A DNA stretch of 64,000 nt from Marsupella aquatica (lineage: Eukaryota > Plantae > Marchantiophyta): positions 3,572,738 through 3,636,737 of the forward strand of contig OZ316896.1 in assembly GCA_973895155.1 (NCBI GenBank), read 5' to 3'. A model generated the notes under the pieces. It ran no database searches and had not been told where the DNA came from. It saw only the letters and a list, made by a program, of their open reading frames with translations. Both the position numbers and the translations under genes were made by a program. Below are positions 11,861 through 23,986 of the stretch, one piece after another (the first letter of the stretch is position 1; each line of letters opens with the position of its first letter).

Positions 11861-13002
11861 TGAAATTGAGTTCAATTTTTTCGGGGAGTTTGGGTACTGA
11901 CATGAGTCCCGTGTTTCCTGACCGAATCCTAGCCTCACCTCTTGGTCGGTCTCGGGTACTAGCTGTTGTCGGGTGCTCATCCCATTACCAATTTTGGTAA
12001 TACCATTCACTCATTTATTCTCCATTCTTTTACCAGAGATGACTCTGGACAGGATCTTCTTATTTAAAGGTAGAAGCGTAGTGTCCCATATCAATGGGTG
12101 TGTGCAATAATGTGAAACGTAGGCTTTGATATGATCAATAAAACTTTGGCATCAGAAAATTTCGCTTGATTCATTTCGTTAAATTGATGTAAGAAAACAT
12201 TATACCGGTTTAACATACTGGTGTAAGAAAACATTCATATTGATCTGTTGTGATGGCCTGAGCAAACGTGAGAATTACTCCAAAAACTGATGGGAGAGAT
12301 TCCATGATTAACGCATCCCAGTTTGATGGTTCTGATGTGTATCTCAGTTGAACATGAAATTTATGGTCCTGGAGTATGTTTCGTCTTCGATTCAAAGTGC
12401 TAGTCTCACTGTTCCAGGGTTCCAGAAATGTCCCTAGTCTTACAATTATTATTTTGCGGTAAATTTCGTCCTTATGTAGGATAATAGTCAGCATCCAATA
12501 ATCATGATGTGCCTCATCAATCACACGTGTTTCGTTGGCCATGGGACTGTAATTCACCTAAATTATCGATCAGGGCTTTATTGCAATGGCGGAACAAAAT
12601 CGTCAGAAGCTGGCCATATTTACAACACCTCGGACAAGCCTCATTGGCAACGCTGGACGATCCAATCTAGTGCCGACAACAGTTTGGTTTTCCTGGCAAT
12701 AAAGGTCGATAAGATGGCAACGTTAGAGGACCGGCTTCTAGCAACATCTTACCAGATTTAGCATGTCTGACATCTATCCTTGCGATAATTCGAGATACTT
12801 GCTTGGAAAGAACAGGCATTAATTTGACTTCAACGTCACAGTGGGATAAAGTGGTTCTTGGCTTCTGATCTTAGGAGCAATCTCGACGATGGAACTCTGG
12901 ACGAGAGTAGGGTCTGAAGATATCGTACAGGATTTGAGCACACCTCAGTTTGACTAAACATGCAGAACTTACTATCCTTGCAATTAGAGATATTGGCTTG
13001 GA

Positions 13003-14064
13003 GCCCCAGATCTTAACATCCCCTACAGGTCCTTGTACTCCGCGATCTTCTGTGCGATTCAGAAACACAAACGCCAACCAGGTTCTCTCATCTTGGTCAC
13101 CGAGACATGTAGCAGCATCGGGAAGGAAAGAAATGCAGCTACTTACTCCCAAGTTTTAGGGAGACTTCCAGGTTGGGTGGTCCTTCGCCAGACTAAAACT
13201 CACTTCATGGCTATGCGCGACATCGGCCACTAACCCCAAAAAAGTAGATAGATCACCGGAGCAATTGATCAACTACAGAATATCGTAGAACCAGACGGAC
13301 AGCCCTGCGCACGTACTGAACCACGAAATTGACAATGATCAATAACAAGAACCGATACTCTTTCCCGATTCTGAGACACCTGTGAAAGTTTACCTTTCTG
13401 TTCGGTGCTCGTCAAATCTTCTATCCGTTCCAGGTGTCGGTTAGTCTACATTTACACACACTAGTATCAGGCTTACTGTAAGCCACTCTGCTTTTTTTCT
13501 TTCTCAGTGCCACATGGCTTCCGCGGGACAACGGTGTGATAAGGACTGAGGTCAATCCCGCGTTACTATGTACTCTGGCTCTCGCCCTCTTTTGAGGCAT
13601 AATGAAATCTGCACTTGAAGAAATTTTCAAAATCATCTTTGATGTCTTTGGGTTTTTTTCCTGTCTCGTGTTCAAGCTCTGCGCATCTAACGAGTCGACA
13701 ACACCACATCGAGCCCTCGCATGGTAGTGACAAACACCAGGCCCGCATTAGAAATGAGTACAGTAACAGAAAGCAGGAGTATCAAGAACAGCTTGGTAGG
13801 CAGAATCGATGCAGGAATAGTCAATTCAAGAACAGCTTGATAGGCAGAATAGATGCACGAATAGTCAATTGTGCAGCTTTTACAAGTGGATCATGATGCT
13901 TGATACCACCTGGTGGTTATATACATCCGGCGATTAGTGTTGTTTTGTGTGCGGTCTGGTCTGGGCCGTGCTTTTCTGGGGTGGCTTTCGTCCCTGGGCT
14001 GTCTTGTTCTAGGTCCGGCCTTTTCGTCGGGCTTTTTAAAAGATTAAAAAAATAAAATATAAAA
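13003..14064 (+). mobile_element. 5'-truncated non-LTR retrotransposon (L1-like LINE 3' end)
   Basis: 15-bp TSD agatatt(g/c)gcttgga at 12988-13002 and 14065-14079; A-rich tail at ~14038-14064; absent at the paralogous site ~33443; residual ..CSSIGKERN.. resembles the L1 ORF2 C-terminal IWKERN motif. Confidence 0.8.
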
Positions 14065-15514
14065 AGATATTCGCTTGGAAAGAACGGGCATGAATTTGGA
14101 TGGTTTAAGCAGACTTCAAACTCACAGTGCGATAAAAACGGCTACAAGCGGTTCTTGGCTTCTGGTCGTAGCAGCGATCTTCACTTTGGAACGATAAACG
14201 AGAGCAGAAAGGTACAGAAGGTGCCGACAACTGTTTGCTTTAGTGGCAAATAAGACCAATTGGCAAGGCTCTAACTTCTGAGGATATCTGAAAGGATTCA
14301 AGCATGTATATATGAATTTACGCCCAAGCATGCCAACCTTAAGTTGGAGACAAGTATTCATGGATGGGAAAGAATAAAATTAACATAATTTAGTCATGTC
14401 GAGGACCCATCATCTACAGGAAGGTGCATACTGTCGTCGAAGACAGAAGGGTGCCTAGTGTACGTTGTTATGAAGGTCTTCATCCAGCCTGCCTGGTTGA
14501 TTTTCGGTCAGGACACTCTCTTTGTCGGTTCTCTCATGCAACTGTCGCTGTTCTTACACTGAATAACCATTTTAGTACCATGGAGAATTAAGTTCCCGAC
14601 ATTGGAACCATCATGTCATTTCGTCTCTAGTCATGGATGGATTGTGTGATCCACTCTGATCCCCATTGCGTTGTTCTGAGGGACACATGGAATGAACTGA
14701 GCTGCATCAAAAAACGCAACTGTTTACTGTGTTTGCCATCGCGCCGAGATCAGCGCTGCTCAATGCATGATTAGGCTATAGCCAGGATCTGGCCGGGGAT
14801 CTGGCCGGGGATCTGGCCTGTGGTTAGAATCGGGCACTGGGCCCAGAAACACATGTGGTTCATGAGTCACATGATTATTTGTCGCTGGCTGAAACCCTAG
14901 ATCTCGATAGCGTCTAGCGTAACTACTAACATATCACCCGCAGCGAGACTAGACACAGCTGGAAAGAACAATGGAGATCAGCAGAATAATCCACCAGAAA
15001 CGTGACTGTTCTCACAGGAGGTCATGGAAGCCTGAATGACTAGCTCTGTTCTTACATTAGCTCACAGGAATTCATGACATCAGATTATTGACTTTGTTCT
15101 CATACCAGTTCAAAGGAATTCATCAAATTAGATCAATGACTTAGTTTGTTCTCACAAACAATTAGAGGAACTGATCCACGGACATAAGCGACAGCACTGT
15201 GCAACATCAGATCATAGAAATAAAAGCGATAGCACTGTGTAACATCAGATCATAGAAATAAATCAATTGAAGATTGTCTGATGACAGAGTTTTATTGATA
15301 TGGGACACGGCGCTAATACCTTCAAATGTGAAGATCCTATCTGTAACGTGGGTAAACGAATGTAGAAGGAATGATTGCATGTCATTACCCAAATGGGCAA
15401 TCGGATGAACCATATACAACAGCTTCCCCGACAGGACGGCAAGGGTGATCGATCCAGGAGGTCAGGAACAGGGGACTCAAGTACCCAAACTCCCTGAAAA
15501 TTTTGGAAATTCAA

Positions 15515-16225
15515 TCAAGCTAGCGCATGGACAAGTTTCGATAGGACACCTCCCAAGCTCGCCACCTCCGACTCGGCCATGAAGAACGACTTGGCCAGAA
15601 GCTGAGGATCAATACCAACCCCAAACAACGCCACGGGCATTAGCTGAATGCCAGGATTCTGACTGTTCAGCACGTTCAAGCTCATTGCTCGAACGGTTCC
15701 CTTGTTGAGCTGGAAGTGCAGCAGACCTCTGGGAAAAATGAATGCCTCACCCTTCTTGACAATCTTGGCATACAGCTTGTTGGGGACTGCGGGGTTATCG
15801 CTATTTGTGACGAAGCCGGTGTAGATCTCTCCCTCCAGACAGAAGAGGATCTCGGTGGCCAAATTGTGGGTGTGCGGCATAATGATTCCTCCAGGGTTGA
15901 GGTCCAGTCGAACCAGACCCAATCCCAATGTGTTCAGTGCAGGCCATTCTCGAACAAATCCGAACGTTGCAGTACCATTAGTGGGATTTCCCGTGAGATT
16001 CGCGTAGTTAGCCAATCCGGCGAATGCGAAGTCTTCCGTCGTGATGGACTCAGCTGCCTTGCATGCGTAGCCATTCACACTAGGCCCCCCCGCTTGCAGA
16101 TCCGCCACACAGAAGTCTTGCAAAGGATCAGGGTCAGTCGCCCTGACTCCAATGGCAATTGCCGCCATCGCTATGATCGTTACAAATAGTCTGAAGTAGT
16201 GCCGGGTTGAATTTGTAAATGCCAT
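15515..16225 (-). CDS. Germin-like protein, 236 aa (type A, inverted paralog)
   Basis: Same GLP motifs; upstream sequence to ~18010 is patchily homologous to 9360-11150. Confidence 0.95.
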   Translation of the reverse strand: MAFTNSTRHYFRLFVTIIAMAAIAIGVRATDPDPLQDFCVADLQAGGPSVNGYACKAAESITTEDFAFAGLANYANLTGNPTNGTATFGFVREWPALNTLGLGLVRLDLNPGGIIMPHTHNLATEILFCLEGEIYTGFVTNSDNPAVPNKLYAKIVKKGEAFIFPRGLLHFQLNKGTVRAMSLNVLNSQNPGIQLMPVALFGVGIDPQLLAKSFFMAESEVASLGGVLSKLVHALA

Positions 16226-18435
16226 TGTCGAATATAGAACTGCAAACCGGAGACGGACGTTTCTAGCTTTTTCAATCTAGAGACAGTTCTAGCTTTGGGC
16301 TGCGAGAGATCAATGCACTCTACAATGGTACGAGGTAGACAGCAATATGCGCGTGAGTTTAGTGAACTGCGAAGTGTTGACGATGGCTGAAAAATCTATC
16401 ACATACTCTGTTAAATTGTGGTCCTCAAGTGGAAGAGTTGAAAGAACCGGAAGCTCAATTAAAAGCGAGATTCAAATAAACTTGAACTGCGATGACTGAG
16501 AGCGTGCCGCACTGTGAGGTGGAGGTGGTTCACTATGAGCGAGTGATAGTTTGACTTCAATGCATTGAAGCCCGGTATTTAACCCGGGATTTAACCTCTT
16601 GATCGAACCCGGTAATGATGTGTTCCCTGGACGTTCGCAGCTGCTGTGAAGGAACGGTCACTAGACACTACAGTCGCCCTTCCCCAAATCGGACAAATCC
16701 CCCACAGGACGTGTCGACGTGATATAAGTTCATGACCGTGATATAACCATGATCGTGGGTCCCGCTTAGACTTCGACCCAAAGAAAGGCAATCCCAACCA
16801 CAGCAGTGGACTGTGTTCAACGCGATCCTCCAGAGCAACGAAGCTGTAACGTAATGTCCTGGGTCAATCTACATCTATGGGAGAAACTTTATAGGTCCCC
16901 AAGTGTACATATCATTACACATCATACTAAAGAGAATCAAAATTTTATGACATCGCTGATAAATATCCACTAGCGCGAAGTGACGAAACCTGTCCACCAG
17001 CACTTCTTATTGACAGTGTACTTTTGACCACGTTTGATAGCTTGGACATGACTGTCCGTGAGATTCGGATGGCCCTCAGATACCTTCCGGGATGCTGCAC
17101 CGATGGCTACAAAGCACGCTGCTGGTACGAGGTAAGTTCACTCTACTTGTAGTGGAGCTGACTTGTGTTTCGGACGCGCTGAGCTTGTTTGTGAGTAAAT
17201 TGCTCTTTGTTAACTCACGTTGACTTACCCTCCACAATGTCAACAACCAATGTCGGAATGATCTGATCACTGAGTTGAATGGCCTTTGAAGATACTGTAG
17301 TTTCGACGCTATGGAGTGGCGGCTTTATCAGCTCGAATAAAGTAGTTTGGGGGCGATTATGCGTAGACATATTCCAGGCTGCAGATTCTCATATTGATTA
17401 CAATGTTGGAAGCTTGTATGGCGGAGTTAATCTAATTGGACGAGAACAAGGGACAATACAGGTTTGAGGTCAGATTTCAACGTTAATCTGTGCCTTCATT
17501 TTTTTAGAATATTTTGAAGAATTCAGCCATACACTGTGGCTTCGAAATTACAAACAAAGAAAGCAATTCATGCACTAAAGGGTGAAAAGTGCGAGCAATA
17601 ATGAGCCCGGTCCTCTGTGAGTAAAGGGAATTAGTGTGGAAGTCTACCAAGCAGAATCCAATAGTTTGTACCAAAAACCCTAACAGGAACTTTTCGATTT
17701 TCATTGACGAATCAGGTAAACACTACTTATTTGTTGCACGTGAGATTGCAAGAAACCAAAGCTGCGCCAGCTGACCATGATAATTGTCAATGGTATGGAA
17801 GCTTCAATTAACGATTGCTGTATCTAAGTGCTAATATTTGAACTCCATTCACAGACAAGACTTTAAATATCAATTAATAAGTGTACAGGATGTAGTCAGT
17901 GCACGGTAGTGCAGAAATCTCAACTACTATGTACCATTAAAATGGAGTAAAACTTATCTAACTGGATTTGCTTGATTAGGAAGCCAGATACCCAAGATAG
18001 AATAGCGCCTTTCAACTGACGTTTTCATTGATTGCAAGGTGTTGGTCTCTCCTTTACAGGTTTCTAGGACCAAATAATTTTATAAATGGATCTAACCTCT
18101 ATTTGTCAAGAAGTCACACAATATATCTACATTTGCACGACAAGATGTTCTAATATAGAGCTGCTAATTTTAAGTATCACAACTAGATGGTACTCTACTG
18201 CTGGTCTTGCCGATCAGAAAATTTTATGTTAGTTACAGATGACTGTTCGCGGTATACTTGGGTGTTTTTTTGCAAAATAAGGTTCATTCAAGTGTTTCCA
18301 CTGTCTCGCGAAACAATATCGTTTGCTGACAATGGGGTTGATCTACGCTCCGCATCAGGAGATGTTTTTGCAAATTGGCAGGGGGTGCCATCAGGTGTAA
18401 GTCAGGTAAGCAAGTTTCCATTAATTGCTGCCAGT

Positions 18436-19431
18436 CCCTGGGCCCTCAGCGTTACTAATACAGGGAGGACGTGCGAACAATGCAAGGGTATTTTTAATGT
18501 AATACAAACAAATTTTTATAATAATTTTTAAAGTAGGCAACATCCCTGTATATACATTCATCACAATATTAGTAATAAGGCTCTTATCAAATACATGTCA
18601 CATTATTCTTACGCAAGGGTACCCAAAATGCCAAGTACACACGTCACTATATGGTTGGGACACATACACTCATCACCTCATTTGCACACGTGTTCATATA
18701 GTAAATCAGACATTTAATTATTTGTTGTCTTAAGGCAAGTTTAGTTTTGTGGGACCCTTTATGGTGGGACAAATGGTTTTGGGTAGACATGTTTACCCAC
18801 ATGTTTAGGAGTTAAGTCGGGAGTTGAGTAAATGTTGGGAATCTGGGATTGATGGGGATTCATGGATCAACCCCACATGGACGGACAAGATTACTTTTGA
18901 ATTCTCTTGAATCAAACAGCCAGGTATGAGGCTAGATGTGTTTGCGTGTGTAGGGGGGTATCGGGTACTCAACCAATGTTTGTTATAGTTGGTTCAGACT
19001 TTGGAGTATTATTCCTCAATTATACATATAGTACTCATGAAATTAGAAGTTTAGAGGCACTGTTGCGAACACTAAGAGGAGAGTGCATGCCTGTTTGTAT
19101 ACTATAGGAAGAACTATTCTTGTAGTGTATTAATTTTGTTCATCTATATAAAATATGTATCCTGAACATTGGGCGTAACAGCCATACAAGTCCCCTATGC
19201 AGTCTCATCTATTTCAGTATGATATTTGCAATTTTAAAAATTCAAGGGTGTTTTCAATTCCTTGAAAAACTCTATTATAATTTACAAAAGGATAAAATTT
19301 AACAGGACAAGTTAATATTTTTACATTAACAAGGAGATTTTTTTTGTGAACAAAAATATTAAGAAGGGGTACACGGGGGGTGTATGTTCTCAGGGGGGTT
19401 CACTTAATATAGTAAGAGTGAGGGCCCAGGG
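18436..19431. mobile_element. 996-bp non-autonomous TIR element, same family as 6756-6959, 8-bp TSD
   Basis: TSD CTGCCAGT at 18428-18435 and 19432-19439; perfect 13-bp TIR CCCTGGGCCCTCA; left ends share ...actaataca.ggaggacgtg. Confidence 0.88.
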
Positions 19432-19946
19432 CTGCCAGTTCTACCGAAGCCGAATACCACTGTTATTCTGTTGCTACTAAGGAGGCGGTCTGGGTTCGTG
19501 CGGTGCTTCAACAATTGGCTAGCTGTGTTCTCTTCTGATGTTCCTCCTGTGGTCATTTATGGGGAGAACAAGCTTGCAATGGCTTTGACTGTCATTCCTG
19601 AACACCAACTGAAAACAAAGAGCACTGAAATTCATTGGCGTTACGTTTGGGAGTGAACGAATTCAAAGCTGAATCGTTTACTTGCTTAATGGAATGATTT
19701 ACAATGCAGAGCGGAGCCGCTGTCATAGCAACTCGACTGAGGAGTAAACCCCGTGAAACAAGGGGGCACAATTAATCTACACCGTAAGTCACTTAGCCCT
19801 AAATCTAATGGATTACACAAGGCTGCGGAAAAGAATGCTACAGGAAATAATGAACAGTAGACGCCGAGACGATGAGCCACATTCTAATACCCCTTCCCAT
19901 CCGGTGATCCATAGAATTTGCAAAGAGAGTAGAGAGCAATGGATTG

Positions 19947-20408
19947 ATGAGGGTATGCTGGTGTGTGTTGTGGCTAATCATAGGAGCACTGAGAGTAGTC
20001 ATGAGAACGTTCCTTGGTGGAATAGAAAATCTATTCCAGTATGTACAGGCCCGAACATCTCTCGAACAAGATAATGTCGAGAGATCAGATGTGTTGCAGA
20101 AGAAGGAGCCATTGGGAGAAGAAAGTGAGAAATTGTCGATGGCTGCAGCATCCTCAGTAATGGTAGCCAGAAGCACGAATCAAGTAATGATGCTGGCGGT
20201 GCCGGCTCCTCGGTATTTCAGTGATCGCACTTCCAAGCGGAAGTATTATGCTGTGGTAAGAGGGTATGCTCCAGGTCTATATGATTCCTAGGAAGAGTGT
20301 GAGCCACAAGTAAAAGGCTATCGTGGGCAGGTGTACAAATCCTTTACGTCCAAGAGTGAAGCCGTACGCTATCTGCAGGATAGTTTACAACGAGCAAACG
20401 ATCACTAG
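19947..20408 (+). pseudogene. Antisense ORF inside copia A encoding an RNase H1 N-terminal hybrid-binding (Cauli_VI/viroplasmin-type) domain; one in-frame TAG
   Basis: KRKYYAVVRGYAPGLYDS*EECEPQVKGYRGQVYKSFTSKSEAVRYL fits the YAVxxGxxPGxYxxWxxCxxQVxGYxGxxYKxFxTxxEA consensus; the stop at 20289-20291 replaces the conserved Trp. Confidence 0.85.
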
Positions 20409-20538
20409 ACTCATGGACATCGATTCAGGAGTGTAGGTCAGGACAACTTTGGGAACCAGCAATACAGATCAATGTGAATATTGCTTGGAGATGTATCGTG
20501 ATGCTACACACTGAGTAGATAGGCAAACCAGAGTAGAT

Positions 20539-23500
20539 CTAAAACTCTTGTAAGGATTTCAAGCCAATAAAGTCGCGATGCTTCTCAAATTTCCACCGTG
20601 GTAATGCCTTCGTGAGTATATCCGCCGGCTGCTCTGCTGTGGGAATATAATTCAGAGTAACTTCTCCTCCAAGTACTCGTTCTCGAATATAGTGATGTTG
20701 CATATGCTTGGTTCGAGCATGGAAAATGGGATTCTTTGCCAGATTGATAGCTCCTTGATTATCACAATACAAGTTGAGATGAGAGTCTTGCAGTGTGGGT
20801 TTGTCTGCTTCAGAGACATTGGACAACACTTCTTGATTTTGGCAGTTAAGAGTCACCTACGCACCTGTGGTAACAGTCCCACTAGCTCTCTTCTCAGCCA
20901 TTGTAAGGTGTACCTCAGAACAAAGACTGGTGTTCTGTACAGGAGAGTTGTCAAGACGGTATAGACTGTTGTTTTTGTCTCTAGTGGCTCTAAGGAAGAT
21001 CTTGTTGGGGTCTTCCTTATCATGTATGTAGCCATGTATGGCTAGAATTAAAGTACACTCCATGACCTTCATCAGCTAACTGTCCTCTTGACAAAAGATT
21101 TCGAGTCATACCAGGCACGTACAAAAATTTCTTAACAACTTTATTTCCACTGAATTTTGTACTGCCCCTGCCAGCAACAGGAATATGTGCCCCAGAAGTA
21201 GTAGTTACACTTGAGCAGGAAGCATATGGGACTACACGACTAAGAGTGTTCCTATTACCAGTCACATGTGTGCTGGCACCTGAATCTATTAACCAGTCAT
21301 GACCAGCGTGGAACTCAGTGAAGTTTCCCTCTAAAGTACCACTGTCAGGACTATCAGGTTCGCACTCATCGGCTTCTACTGCTTCTGCCACGTTGGCTTG
21401 ATGCATTCCCTTCTTGATGTCTGCGTGTTTGGTCTGGAGCCCCTTGATCTGGTTCTCGATCTTCTTCAAGCACTCGCCTTCCCAGTGGCGTGTTACCACA
21501 AAAATTACACGTTTCCTGTCTCTTAGTGTTTGTAAAGGTGGAGTTTCTCCCTCGGCCCCGGGCAAAGTTCCTGCCTCTGCCCCATCCTCTGAAAGAACTC
21601 AAACCAGAGTTTCCACGATAAGCGTTGTGGGTCATCACCAGTGCTTGTTCCGTGTCTTTCCCTTGCAGCTCACGTTGCATCTCCGCAGCCTCCAAGTGTC
21701 CCACCAGATCTGAAAAAGTCATGGATGGAAACTGATGCACTAAGGTACCGAACGAGGTGATGAAGGGCTTCCAACTAGCTGGCAGTCCCTTCATGGTCGT
21801 GCGCATGAGTTCTTTATCCTCAATGGTGAAATCAATGTCTGCCAGCTGCATGACCAATACGTCGATCTCACGAATATATTCTTCGACACTACCTCCTTCG
21901 GACATGTGCACCTAACAAGGAGCCAAAAAGGATGGGTAATAAGCCCAAACTAAAAGAACTTTTGCTCCAAAAGCGCAAAAAGCTCAAAAATGCCCAAAAT
22001 ATGAACCTAAAAACTATTCATTTCTTTGCAAAATCTTCATGGATGGAAAAAATGCCCAAAAGATGTTATCATTTTGAGCCATTCAAAACATAAAATGGAC
22101 CATAATAAATTTTTAATCTTAGTATGATCTATTTTCAATCTTTACAATTTACACTTGCACATGTTCAACATTTGTCTAGTTTATCCTTGAAATACCATCT
22201 GAAAATTGATTGGAATCAGAAATATCTAAAACACTTTCAAATATATACTAGAAATTTCAAATGAGTCTTGTAATGAATTGTTTGTCTTTAACCTATCTCA
22301 CACAAACCAATTACAATATTATTATTTTCAAAGTGTAACCCGCCCTTAGAAATGATTCATGAATTCATGAGTTAATCATTTTAATATTTTTGAATCTCAA
22401 CAAATTTAAGTAGCAATAGTAACTCCAACTCTCTCATTCCCAAATCTCTAATGTTCACATAAGTTTTAGTGGATTGGAATACTTATTTGCATTTACTTAG
22501 AAAGAAACTTCATTCTGAATTTTTAATTCAAACCTTGCATAGTAAAATACCAAAGTTTTCCTAGCATTTATAATACTCTTTGTCTTTATGGAGTTGATGT
22601 TTTCTTGTACTTTATTCCAAAGTAATCATTCATTACTCTCTTTGTCTTTACTTGAGTTTGTGTTCCTTGTCAAATTCTTCATTCATAACTCTTTTTGTCT
22701 TAATTGAATCATTTTTTGTTGCTTTTTTTGTCATTTTCTTTGTCTTGAGTAATCTTTCTTTTAATTATTTTCTTTATGTTTGTATGCAATTTTTCTCTCT
22801 TTTCAAGATTCCCAAACTTGATGCCAGATTCCCTTCATGAATTCATGAAAAAGAATCTTGGATCAAGATTAAAGAATCTTGAAAACAGGGTTCATGAATT
22901 CATGAAGCTTTTGGATGCACAAGCTTCATGAATACACTAAGCTTAGGTTTTTAAAAGGCGAAGGGCAAAGTTGGGCAACAACAATCCATGATGGAAGATG
23001 AGTGAGCTCAGGAGTGAGCTATGATAGGCACATTGCAATGGGCGAGTTGCGACCAGCTGCAATGGAAAAAATGATAACATGTAACCCATAAAGGGTACAG
23101 GACCATGAGCAATTAGCGATTAAACATAGGTTGCCAAGGGCAATTGAGTGTTGATTTGTGATGGGTGAAGACTTATGATCTCTGATGTTGTTAGTGACTT
23201 GTTCATAAAGAGGATATTTTCTTGTAACATTTAATTTGTTGGTGATCTTTGAGCCCAAACTCCAATGTTGAGACTTATATTGAGGAGTTAAATTTGGAAA
23301 TATTAATTATGAAAAAACTTGTGTCTGAAGCATTGTGTTAATTATGGTGTGAAATTCCAAGGTCAGGAAATATTAAATATATGATGATTTTTTGTGTTGT
23401 TTTTTATGACATTTTGGAAAATCAGAAAATTTTGAAAAAGACAATTAAGGCCTTGGACCCATCCTTTGAGGCTTCTTGTTACCTTCGCCAGTCTCTCTCT

Positions 23501-23986
23501 CAATATGAGCTGCTTACCCATAGCTGCTGATTCGAAGCGAGACTTCAGCTGTAGCCATATTTTTGCAGGGTCGTCAATGTACTTCTTTACAATAGGAATA
23601 ATGTGATCCTTGACGGTCATGGAGAAAATGTAGATGGCTCGCTCCTTCTTCTCGGCTCGCTCCTTCTTCTCCTCAAGCTGCTCCGCGGAAAGCTGCACAG
23701 GATTCGATGGGTCAGGGCTGACCATCTCCTGCCAGCATTTGTCCTTGCGAAATTGCCTCTCGACCTTGAAGGACCAGGCAATGAAGTTCTTGCTGCCATC
23801 TAGCTTGTCCTTGTCAGAATAGACGAGCCCTTTATCTACGTCGTAGTGAATGCTGTGGGCTGATTGAGAAGCGCTGCCATGTGTGGTCTGCTGTTGACTT
23901 CCTGTCACGTTCTGCTGCGAGCTTCTGGGCGTCTGCTGCGAGCTGCTAGACGTCTGCTGCGAACTGCTGGCCATTCTGTCTCTCAC
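20539..23986 (-). pseudogene. Disrupted gag-protease-RNase H of copia A
   Basis: KLDGSKNFIAWSFKV (gag), MSEGGSVEEYI..GLPASWKPFI (UBN2), DSGASTHVTG, YCDNQGAINLAKNPIFHARTKH; frameshifts, a stop and a 1567-bp insertion. Confidence 0.9.
21914..23480. mobile_element. 1567-bp AT-rich non-autonomous TIR element, 4-bp TSD ACCT, inserted in the gag of copia A
   Basis: TIRs aacaaggagccaaaaaggatgggt versus rc aacaagaagcctcaaaggatgggt; ACCT at 21910-21913 and 23481-23484; removal restores ...LAKVHMSEGG... Confidence 0.88.

Larger units (their letters stand above)
7144..14650 (+). repeat. Segmental duplication copy 1 (GLP gene with flanks)
   Basis: Colinear high similarity to 26701-33840, from gaccctttgtttctttgag to ...ggaaccatcatgtcattt...ggatgga, apart from copy-specific indels. 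Confidence 0.92.
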
